Shown piece by piece: positions 1-8,195 of a stretch of 29,509 bases of DNA. Position 1 is the stretch's first letter. Every line of letters starts with the position of its first letter. Source of the DNA: a virus (lineage: Duplodnaviria; Heunggongvirae; Uroviricota; Caudoviricetes); the IMG/VR virus record IMGVR_UViG_2718218398_000001, positions 1 through 29,509 of that record; one strand, written 5' to 3'. The notes below the pieces were generated by a model. The model made no database searches. It saw nothing but the letters and a program-made list of their open reading frames with translations, and had not been told where the DNA came from. The translations under genes and the position numbers were made by a program.

Positions 1-2203
1 GAGCGTTATTTCTTTAATGAATCCCGTGATCCTGTCCAGCGCGAAATGGAGCAGGATAAGCTCATTAGCCGGGCAAAGCTGGTGCATGAGCAGCAGCGTT
101 TTAATCCGGACATGGTCATACTGGCGGACGTTAACGCCCAGCCTTCCCATATCAGCAAGCCGCTGATGCAAACGTATTGAATACTTCAGCAGCCCTGGGC
201 AGGCCAAAGGCTTATTCCCGCTATTTGCGTGAGACGATTAAACCATGTCTGGAACGACTAGAGCATGTACGCGACAGTATCTGCATCTTTCGTTTTATGG
301 CAAAATGAAGGCTGGACGGCCTGCTGATCTTGCCTGAAATGAGTCAGGATCAGGTGAAGCGCCTGTCTACCCTTGTTGCCGGCACATATGAGCATGTGCC
401 TTGATGCAGCTTGTGGTGATTTGTATGCCACCGATGACGTTAAGCCAGAAGAAATCCGCAAGACATGGGAAAGGGTGGCGGCGGAAACCCTGCGTCTGGA
501 TGTCATCCCTCCTGCGTTTGAGCAACTCCGCCGGAAAAGAAACCGCCGTAAACCCGTACCCTATGAACTCATTCCGGGTTCGCTGGCGCGTATGTTGTGC
601 GCCGACTGGTGGTATCGGAAATTATGGAAGATGCGTTGCGAATGGCGGGAAGAGCAGTTGCGTGCTGTTTGCCTGGTCAGCAAAAAAGCATCTCCCTATG
701 TCAGCTATGAAGCCGTGATGCATAAACGTGAGCAGCGCCGTAAGTCGCTGGAGTTTTTCCGTTCTCATGAACTGGTGAACGAAGACGGCGACACGCTGGA
801 TATGGAGGACGTGGTAAACGCCAGTAGTAGCAACCCGGCGCATCGCCGCAATGAGATGATGGCATGTGTTAAAGGTCTGGAGCTTATCGCGGAAATGCGC
901 GGTGACTGCGCCGTTTTCTACACCATCACCTGTCCGTCACGTTTCCATTCCACGCTAAATAACGGCAGGCCCCAACCCGACCTGGACAAATGCGACGGTA
1001 AGACAAAGCAGTGATTATCTGGTCGGCATGTTTGCTGCATTTCGTAAGGCGATGTACAAAGCCGGATTGCGCTGGTATGGCGTGCGGGTGGCTGAGCCGC
1101 ATCATGACGGTACAGTTCACTGGCACCTGTTGTGTTTTATGCGCAAAAAAGATCGCCGCGCCATTACTGCTTTGTTGCGTAAGTTTGCCATTCGTGAAGA
1201 CCGCGAGGAGCTGGGTAATAACACAGGACCACGCTTTAAGTCTGAGCTGATAAACCCGCGCAAAGGTACACCAACAAGCTACATCGCGAAATACATCAGT
1301 AAGAACATTGACGGGCGTGGTCTGGCTGGCGAGATCAGCAAGGAAACGGGTAAATCTCTGCGTGATAACGCTGAATACGTTAATGCCTGGGCGTCTCTGC
1401 ATCGTGTTCAGCAATTCCGCTTCTTTGGCATTCCGGGGCGTCAGGCTTACCGTGAACTGCGATTGCTGGCTGGTCAGGCGGCAAGGCAACAGGGTGACAA
1501 AAAAGCAGGTGCGCCGGTACTGGATAACCCGCGCCTTGATGCCATTCTGGCTGCAGCTGATGCTGGTTGCTTTGCCACCTACATCATGAAGCAGGGCGGC
1601 GTACTGGTTCCCCGTAAATATCACCTCATCAGAACCGCTTATGAAATCAACGAAGAGCCGACCGCCTATGGCGATCACGGTATTCGTATTTATGGCATCT
1701 GGTCACCCATTGCAGAGGGCAAGATCTGCACTCATGCAGTGAAGTGGAAAATGGTCCGTAAAGCCGTTGACGTTCAGGAGGCGGCAGCCGACCAGGGCGC
1801 TTGCGCCCCTTGGACTCGTGGCAATAACTGTCCCCTTGCTGAAAATTTGTACCAACAAGGGAAAGACAAATCAGCTGATGGGGATACCAGAACGGACATT
1901 ACCCGCATGGATGACAAGGAGTTGCACGATTACCTGCACAGTATGAGCAAAAAAGAGCGCCGGGACCTGGCAGCAAGGTTACGCCTGGTTAAACCGAAAC
2001 GGCGTAAAGACTACAAACAGCGAATTACATACCATCAGCGACTGCAGCTCGTCTATGAGCTGAAGTCCAGAGGATTTGATGGTAGCGAGAAAGAGGTCGA
2101 TTTACTCCTTCGCGGCGGCAGTATTCCGTCAGGAGCAGGCTTGCGTATCTTCTATCGGAACCAGCGTTTGTGGGAAGATGATAAGTGGCGGAACCTGTAT
2201 TAA
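1..2203 (+). pseudogene. A: Replication initiation protein gpA (rolling-circle HUH endonuclease), 5' partial and frame-disrupted
   Basis: ORFs 373..1014 and 1028..2203 are collinear with P2 gpA. HUH motif HWHLL at 1118..1132 (within [11 protein letters not shown]). Paired active-site tyrosines [12 protein letters not shown] starting at 1280. Window bases 1..372 appear to continue the same protein in shifting frames. At least one frame break near 1015..1028, probably more upstream. Confidence 0.85.
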
Positions 2204-2295
2204 TTACGCGGATTAACAATTCGTGCTCTTAATAATACCAGGCATATCAGGCTGATGAACGTAAAAAAACGTTTTACATCAGTAAGATTATTATA

Positions 2296-2315
2296 TACTG
2301 TAAATATAAACAGTG
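2296..2315. promoter_or_regulatory. LexA (SOS) box, CTGT-N8-ACAG
   Basis: 20-mer tactgtaaatataaacagtg matches the E. coli LexA consensus taCTGT(at)4ACAGta, with CTGT at 2298..2301 and ACAG at 2310..2313. Lies in AT-rich DNA upstream of a small ORF and a dinI-like gene. Confidence 0.6.
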
Positions 2316-2356
2316 GTTATGCATACAGTATTGCTTGTGGTGTCATAGGAGGAAAG

Positions 2357-2479
2357 ATGCAGGACTATTTTTTGGAGTCTTTGAAGCTCCAGCGCATTGA
2401 TTTTTTTCTTAAGCTTGTAGCGGCTAGTGAGTGTAGTGATGAAGAAAGGGGCTGGCTCTGCAGTGGGTTTCTGAATTGA
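2357..2479 (+). CDS. Hypothetical small protein (40 aa) between the SOS box and dinI-like gene
   Basis: ATG at 2357 preceded by a strong RBS AGGAGG (2349..2354). The six-frame ORF extends to 2255, but that start lies upstream of the LexA box. No recognisable motif. Confidence 0.35.
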   Translation: MQDYFLESLKLQRIDFFLKLVAASECSDEERGWLCSGFLN

Positions 2480-2554
2480 CTGATGAACTCATGGCAAAGA
2501 TCAGAACCCACGAATACAACCGCTCAATGGATGTCATCAGTTGAGGTGACTTTT

Positions 2555-2788
2555 ATGCGCATTGAAATAATGATCGATAAAGAGCAGAAGATTAGCCAGT
2601 CTACCCTGGACGCCCTTGAATCCGAGCTTTACCGCAATCTGCGCCCCCTGTATCCAAAAACGGTAATTCGTATCCGTAAAGGTAGCTCTAACGGTGTGGA
2701 ACTGACCGGACTGCAACTGGATGAAGAAAGAAAACAAGTGATGAAAATTATGCAGAAGGTGTGGGAAGACGACAGCTGGCTGCATTAA
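2555..2788 (+). CDS. dinI: DinI-family protein (DNA-damage-inducible protein I-like)
   Basis: 77-aa product MRIEIMIDKEQ...IDALESELYRNL...KVWEDDSWLH aligns by eye along its length with E. coli DinI (MRIEVTIAK...IDALAGELSRR...ETWESADDWF). RBS GAGGTGA lies upstream of the ATG at 2555. The six-frame ORF 2483..2788 contains it. Confidence 0.8.
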   Translation: MRIEIMIDKEQKISQSTLDALESELYRNLRPLYPKTVIRIRKGSSNGVELTGLQLDEERKQVMKIMQKVWEDDSWLH

Positions 2789-2792
2789 GAAA

Positions 2793-2839
2793 CGTTGCCC
2801 CCAAGAGGATTTATCCTGTTGGGGGGAGTTTGGGCAACG
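2793..2839. terminator. Long imperfect inverted repeat or stem-loop downstream of the dinI-like gene (possible terminator)
   Basis: cgttgccc (2793..2800) pairs with gggcaacg (2832..2839), with inner ccccaa/ttgggg and aggat/atcct pairings. No clean U-tract. Confidence 0.3.
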
Positions 2840-3276
2840 AGTGAAATGAGGTGTAAGGTGGGCGGTCATTTTGATAAGTGATCGTCCACTTTGTGTCAGA
2901 ACCTGATGTTTGTTGTACATTCGGACGAATAGGCGGCGTTGTTTGCTTTAAAAATAAAACAGGAACACTTTGAGAAAGTGAACAGGTGTATTTATTTGTT
3001 GCTGATGAATGAGAGTAACTCTAATTTGGATAATTAGCTTGATAATAGGTCAGACGAAAATAATATTCCAGCACACTTTTGGTCGCAACAGGCATTAGTT
3101 AATTTTAAGTGATAAATTTTTATCCATAAATTAACACTAGTGTGTCATCTAGCGAAACCGAATCGCTTTAACTCATAACTTGAAGTTGAATCAGTGGGGT
3201 AGCAGTAGGCATGCCGGAACTGATAAACTGTGCAGAAGGCTAAACATTCATTCACTCGTGAGATAGTAGCTAAATT

Positions 3277-4143
3277 ATGCAAAGAATTATTCCTGATAAA
3301 AATTGGTGGGAAAAAGAGCGTATTAATCGTAAAGCATCATCAATATGCCCATATGCTAGTTCATACAGATGTCCTCGATACTATCAGAGTGTAGTTTTGC
3401 TCTCAAGCATCAATGTGATAGCTGGTATGGCAACTAGGAAAGAAAAAGAGTTGGGCGAATTTTGGGAAAGAACCACTTTCTCATCTTTATGTGATGAAGA
3501 AGTCCCTACAGTTACTACAAAAGAATATGGCGGCCTTGCATCAGTTAGTAATTTTTGCCCAGAAATATCATTTAGATATTTACACTACTACGCCGATTAT
3601 ATGTGTAAATATGTTGATGAGATAGATCAGGACACTGGCAGGCGTATTGCGGAAAAAGATAATTTAGAAAATGATTGGAAATATACATGGATGTCAGTCA
3701 ATCCTAAATTTTATTTAGATTGCGATGTTTTTGAAAGTGTCAAAAATTTTAATGAAGAATTGGCTAGTGATTACTTAAAAAGATTGCACCCAAATATCGT
3801 TCAGCAAATAGATAGAATGAATAATTGCTTGGATAATAATGATCCGGCAGGTGCACTGCACGCAGCCTCTAATATTTTAGAAACTATGGCTAAGGAAATC
3901 ACTCAAAACCCGAATGTGGCAAATGAGTCATTGGGTGGTTTTTTTAAACAGTTCGAAAAAATGTCAAAATTACCTAAGAATCTTATTGATGCTGTTAAAG
4001 ATATTTATGATTTACGCAACAAATTACCTACTGCTGGACACGGAAGCTTGAACAAGCCTGAATTGACTATGGTAGAAGCTATAACTATTGCGGCAATGAC
4101 AAAGGCGATTTTAGAAATTGAATATCGAAGCAAAGCCATCTAA
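3277..4143 (+). CDS. Hypothetical protein (288 aa) with Cys-rich N-terminus and HEPN/Abi_C-like C-terminal signature
   Basis: Intact ORF in low-GC DNA. N-terminal cysteines (CPYASSYRCPRYY, FCPE, MCKY, LDCD). C-terminal helical region with LRNKLPTAGHG (R at 4015, H at 4039), resembling the RN...HG signature of Abi_C/DUF4145-type HEPN domains. The R-H spacing is longer than canonical Rx4-6H. Confidence 0.5.
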   Translation: MQRIIPDKNWWEKERINRKASSICPYASSYRCPRYYQSVVLLSSINVIAGMATRKEKELGEFWERTTFSSLCDEEVPTVTTKEYGGLASVSNFCPEISFRYLHYYADYMCKYVDEIDQDTGRRIAEKDNLENDWKYTWMSVNPKFYLDCDVFESVKNFNEELASDYLKRLHPNIVQQIDRMNNCLDNNDPAGALHAASNILETMAKEITQNPNVANESLGGFFKQFEKMSKLPKNLIDAVKDIYDLRNKLPTAGHGSLNKPELTMVEAITIAAMTKAILEIEYRSKAI

Positions 4144-4270
4144 CAAACCAAATTATGTGGTTCAAATTCCCGCTACACTTCTGTGTTGCCGCCAGCGTCT
4201 ACTTATCGCTGTGAGTTCAACGGGTGATGATGCGTTAGAGATCTCTGAATCGATTGAAGTCTAAGGTTGT

Positions 4271-4292
4271 CAGGGCTGTAACAGCAGCCCTG
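4271..4292. terminator. Stem-loop between convergent genes (candidate bidirectional terminator)
   Basis: cagggctg (4271..4278), loop taacag, cagccctg (4285..4292). Sits in the 250-bp gap between the 3' ends of 3277..4143 (+) and 4393..5047 (-). Confidence 0.35.
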
Positions 4293-4392
4293 TGTCATGA
4301 ATGGATTGCATATTAATTGACGAAGAACAGACTAATATCATCGATAGCTGTTTTCAAAAATAGACCAATAACAAACTGAGATGTTATCGTAT

Positions 4393-5047
4393 TCATTTCG
4401 ATGATTGATCCAGATGTGTATATAACCATTGAAAGAGTTTTCTAATTTTTGTGATAGTATCTTTTAAATAATTTAAGGAGATTATTATATTATTTTCATT
4501 GTTTAATGAAAGAGTAGGTGTTTTATCAATGATATTTTTTAAGGCTACAGCTGTGCTCATTTTTTTAATGTCTCCATTAGCATGAACTATGCAATTCCTT
4601 ACTTTGTTAAACTCTGTCATGAATTGCCACTCTTGTGACAGGCCAAAGTTTATATCCATTAATTTTGTTAAATATCTTTTTGCTTTGTGGATGCCATCAC
4701 CATTAAAATCGGTTACTGATATATTGGTGTTTACAATCCTTTGACATATATTGCAATAGTCGTTTAGGTTGTGCTCTAAGCATGAGTATAAAGATACCAA
4801 AGCAGATTTATTAAAAAATATTTGGTTGTATGTTAACTAAGAAATCATATTGCTCTGAATAATAGTCTTCTAAGTAATTAATATAATCGTCAGGAGCATT
4901 CTTTTTTTCATCTTCATATGCTTTTTTTAATTCCGCTAAGTCAACTCTGTTTTGGCCGCCTGCTCCTAGGATATATTTTTCGAAATCATCAATCTGCGCT
5001 TCAAGTGAATATCTTGATAGCTGTGCGAAAAGTTTGTATTTACTCAT
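4393..5047 (-). CDS. HEPN-like protein, candidate abortive-infection RNase; split into two ORFs (4811..5047 and 4393..4800) by a 1-nt frame change at an A6/T6 run
   Basis: Minus-strand ORFs of 78 aa and 135 aa are contiguous; the upstream one ends at a TAATAA double stop directly after a T6 run (plus-strand A6 at 4814..4819). Removing one T fuses them into about 215 aa (...NIQPNIF-NKSALVSLYSC...). Canonical HEPN motif R-N-C-I-V-H (Rx4H) encoded at 4582..4599, followed by a predicted helix. Confidence 0.5.
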
Positions 5048-5446
5048 CGGTATGCCATTCCTTTTTAATTATAAACCTTTGGGTTAAAAGGAGCTGAAAA
5101 TAGTAACTCATTATTTTTGTTTGTAAAGGGGGTATTGTTTTTACTAGATCAAGATAAAACAATGGGAATATCCGCTTTTCGCTCACAGCGGACTTTCATC
5201 TTTGTAAACCCGTATGATTAGCTTTTCAGCGGTCATTCAGATACGGATTTACGCTTCCCTTGGCTGTGCATGACTATGACGCATGAGATCGCATGATCGT
5301 TAGAGGATCGTTTTTGCTGAGGCCAGCCAGAACTGGCGTGCTTTTGCTTATGTCGTGCAGGTGCATGAAAACCACTACATAAAGCGGGCAGGCGTGGCGG
5401 GGATACGAGCGCGCGCTTATTACTTTGATAGTACTCGGGTTATAAT

Positions 5447-7129
5447 ATGGATGACTATCTATCTCGGAGAATGTACATGTCATTAGACTATATTAAAGAA
5501 CAGTTGTCAGACTTTATTTCATCTGCAGAACCTGAGGTAATGGCTATTCAGGGTGAGTGGGGGATTGGGAAAACCTATACTTGGAATGCTTTCTTAAAGG
5601 AAAATAAAAATAAGATTGCATTTAATAGATATAGTTACGTCTCTCTTTTTGGTGTTAATTCATTGGACGCATTAAAATACTCCATCTTTGAAAATACAAT
5701 TACGAAAGATTTCATTGGAAACAAACCTAATTTAAAAACAGCAACACAAAATGCAAAGGGGCTTCTTGAATCCTGCACTAGAAAGACCGCTCGTGTGTTA
5801 AAAGATACACCTTTTTTGAAAAATTTCACTACGACACTTGAGTCAATGTCATTTATGTCAATTACTAATGTTATTGTAGTCATAGATGACTTAGAAAGAC
5901 GTGGTAAAAATTTAGAAGTGAAAGATGTCTTAGGGTTGGTTTCTTTATTGAAAGAACAAAAAAATTGTAAGGTGGTTCTTTTACTTAATAACGGGACAAG
6001 TGGTATGGATGACTACTCCACTTATAAAGAAAAGGTTATTGATAGAGAGATTACCTATAATCCTACTCCAGAAGAATGTGCAGTTATAGCATATAAAAAT
6101 AATTCTGATGTTCATAAATTATTAAGCAAATACTCCATTTCCCTGGGTATTAAGAATATTAGGATACTGAAAAAAATAGAGCGGTTTTTGCTAGCCTTGT
6201 TACCTGGCATTAACGTTAATTTTGAAAAAATTGCAAATGAAGTCGCACACTCCTTAACTTTGTATTGTTGGAGTCATTACGCATTTACTCCAGATGGAGA
6301 TGTACCATCATTGGAGTATATTAGAAATATGAGAAATATCTATATGCGTGATGAAAAAGAGGATGGAAAAGAAAAAAAATGGCTTAATACTTTGCTTATA
6401 TATGATTATAAAAAAACAAACGAACTTGATGAAGTCCTTATAGACATGGTAAGGCATGGATATATTGATATGAACAATTTCCAAAGGCAAGTAAGTCTAA
6501 GGAATGATGAACTTATCCGTGATAGTAAGCGAGGTTCACTGTTTGAAGCATGGAAGCTTTTCTATAATTCATTTGAAGATAACCGAAATCAGGTTATTGA
6601 TAATCTATATCAAGCGGTGGTTGGTGGGATAGAGTATGTAACTCCAAGTGACTTGGATAGTGTTGTCGGACTGTATAGAGATTTAGGTGAAAATATTAAA
6701 GCAAGTGAATTAATAAGTAAATTTATTAATTACGGCAATGATGCTCTTAAGGAATATGTTCAATCTATTTACATGAATGTTCATCCTATAAAAGATGCTG
6801 AGTTAAAGTCAAAAATCCAAGATTATTCTACTACTTTAAATCTGGATGGTTCTATAAAGGATGTTCTAATAAAATTATCAAGTCAGAATGGTTGGTCTGA
6901 TAGGCACGAGGAAATATTGGATGCTGCCTCAGAGGATGACTACTATGATTTATTTAAAAAAGTCATTCTTGATGGTGGTGATTCAATAATAGCTACTGCT
7001 CTTAAGTTTGGTGGGTATAGCAATGGTTCAGAAAGAATGAAACGCATCGGAGAAAAAGCGAGAAATGCTTTGATAAGAATTGGAAATGAGTCGAGCATTA
7101 ATAAAATACGTGTTAGACGGTATTTGTAA
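5447..7129 (+). CDS. KAP-family P-loop NTPase (560 aa)
   Basis: Walker A GEWGIGKT (5552..5575). Walker B plus the KAP-characteristic hhhhDDLER/DR motif NVIVVIDDLERR (about 5870..5902). Long alpha-helical C-terminal region. Low-GC codon usage. The true start is more likely ATG 5477 (RBS GGAGA at 5466..5470) than 5447. Confidence 0.7.
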   Translation: MDDYLSRRMYMSLDYIKEQLSDFISSAEPEVMAIQGEWGIGKTYTWNAFLKENKNKIAFNRYSYVSLFGVNSLDALKYSIFENTITKDFIGNKPNLKTATQNAKGLLESCTRKTARVLKDTPFLKNFTTTLESMSFMSITNVIVVIDDLERRGKNLEVKDVLGLVSLLKEQKNCKVVLLLNNGTSGMDDYSTYKEKVIDREITYNPTPEECAVIAYKNNSDVHKLLSKYSISLGIKNIRILKKIERFLLALLPGINVNFEKIANEVAHSLTLYCWSHYAFTPDGDVPSLEYIRNMRNIYMRDEKEDGKEKKWLNTLLIYDYKKTNELDEVLIDMVRHGYIDMNNFQRQVSLRNDELIRDSKRGSLFEAWKLFYNSFEDNRNQVIDNLYQAVVGGIEYVTPSDLDSVVGLYRDLGENIKASELISKFINYGNDALKEYVQSIYMNVHPIKDAELKSKIQDYSTTLNLDGSIKDVLIKLSSQNGWSDRHEEILDAASEDDYYDLFKKVILDGGDSIIATALKFGGYSNGSERMKRIGEKARNALIRIGNESSINKIRVRRYL

Positions 7130-7134
7130 TTTGG

Positions 7135-7152
7135 GGGGGATTTTCATCCCCC
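7135..7152 (+). terminator. Hairpin terminator candidate after the KAP NTPase gene
   Basis: ggggga / ttttca / tccccc stem-loop 6 nt after the stop at 7127..7129, followed by a T-rich stretch (cacattttat). Confidence 0.4.
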
Positions 7153-7163
7153 ACACATTTTAT

Positions 7164-8195
7164 CTAATTCAATGAATAATCTTTGAAGGCTATTATTTTT
7201 TTCTTTAGCCAAATATTAATTTCTACAAGTCTTTTTTGTAAAGGAGTTAACTCATTTCGCACAAAAACGCAACTGGCTTTTTCTATATCCCCAAACCCCC
7301 CAACATTGTTTGGCATTATCCCCATCATCTGCGGCGGCACACGATGCGCCGCCATCATGTCATCCCGACTTACGTTCTTGATGTTAAGAAATTCATCCTT
7401 CGCCGCGACTTCTGACAATGGGATGATCTGAAGCCCGTCTTTTTTGCCGTTAGGCGAGTACATAAACAGGTTGCGGAAGTTGCCTGGACCTTTGGCACTT
7501 TTCATCGCGTTGCGGAGGTTGTTCACATCCTCCTGATTCTGCGCGGCGTCGGTCATGTACATGATGAAGCCTGCATGGCTGCCGTTGATGTAATACTTAC
7601 GGCGGAACAGCGTGGCGGACTCGTTGAGCAGGGCGGATGGAATGGCAGAAAGATAGCCGGGCAGGCCGTAGATCTCCTGGTTGATGTCCGGCTCCATCAG
7701 ATGAAAAATGCTGCCTTTCGTGAACTGATACGGCTGGGTTGTCATACCGTATTGCACAAACCAGTAGGTATCCAGGTCTAACCCACGTCGGGTGTATTTT
7801 GCCAGAGCAGGCTCAAGGGCGATAACTTCACCGAACCGGTTCGTGCGTTTCTCCAGGTAAGCGTTACCAAATACCAGATAGTCCTGCACAAAACGTGAAA
7901 AAGCCTGCTGGCTGAGAAGCGGGTGAGGGATGTAGGTACTGGTCAGAATGTTGCATTTCACCGCAATTGGTGAACTGTGATGCACGGCAGCGCGGAAGGT
8001 TCGCGCCAGTCCGTCAAAACTCACTGGCGGCTCATACCAGCGATCTGTCTGTACGCATTCTACATAGTCCAGCAGTTCGCGGCGGTCCAGAACAGGAACG
8101 GGATCGCCAAAGCTGAATGCTTCGGCTGAAGTCTGGCTTTTGTGCTGAATCTGGTTCGTCGACACAGCGCGGTTCTTCTTACTCTTTCCCATCAA
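7164..8195 (-). CDS. Q: Portal protein gpQ
   Basis: 343-aa product, the same size as P2 gpQ and collinear with it by recall. Lies directly upstream of terminase P on the same strand, with the 4-bp overlap typical of P2 Q/P. The last ~45 codons are encoded in AT-rich DNA. Confidence 0.85.
   Translation of the reverse strand: MMGKSKKNRAVSTNQIQHKSQTSAEAFSFGDPVPVLDRRELLDYVECVQTDRWYEPPVSFDGLARTFRAAVHHSSPIAVKCNILTSTYIPHPLLSQQAFSRFVQDYLVFGNAYLEKRTNRFGEVIALEPALAKYTRRGLDLDTYWFVQYGMTTQPYQFTKGSIFHLMEPDINQEIYGLPGYLSAIPSALLNESATLFRRKYYINGSHAGFIMYMTDAAQNQEDVNNLRNAMKSAKGPGNFRNLFMYSPNGKKDGLQIIPLSEVAAKDEFLNIKNVSRDDMMAAHRVPPQMMGIMPNNVGGFGDIEKASCVFVRNELTPLQKRLVEINIWLKKKIIAFKDYSLN

Noticed and set aside
926-1678. 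250-aa minus-strand ORF antisense to gene A, and similar antisense ORFs inside core genes (e.g. 10404..10859, 17838..18419, 23295..23879, 27661..28464)
   Set aside because: They lie wholly within strongly supported phage genes on the other strand and have no RBS or recognisable motifs. They are typical GC-rich antisense open frames.
2255-2479. 74-aa form of the small ORF starting at 2255
   Set aside because: Its start lies upstream of the LexA box and putative promoter. The internal ATG at 2357 has a strong AGGAGG RBS, so the short form is preferred. Even that is low confidence.
5425-5446. Sigma-70 promoter TTGATA / TATAAT upstream of the KAP gene
   Set aside because: The hexamers are good individually but the spacer is only 10 nt, so they cannot work as a pair. 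Only the -10-like TATAAT (5441..5446) may be real.
5274-5483. 69-aa minus-strand ORF in the GC-rich block upstream of the KAP gene
   Set aside because: It overlaps the probable promoter/RBS region and the cos-like sequence, with no RBS or motif. Likely non-coding.
6308-6490. 60-aa minus-strand ORF inside the KAP NTPase gene
   Set aside because: Low-complexity AT-rich antisense frame (poly-Phe/Ile); artefact of base composition.
5447-7129. Possibility that the large cargo gene is an Old-type (P2 old) nuclease
   Set aside because: It has a KAP-type Walker A/B (GxWGxGKT, hhhhDDLER) and no recognisable Toprim or ABC signature motif, so it is not an OLD-family protein.
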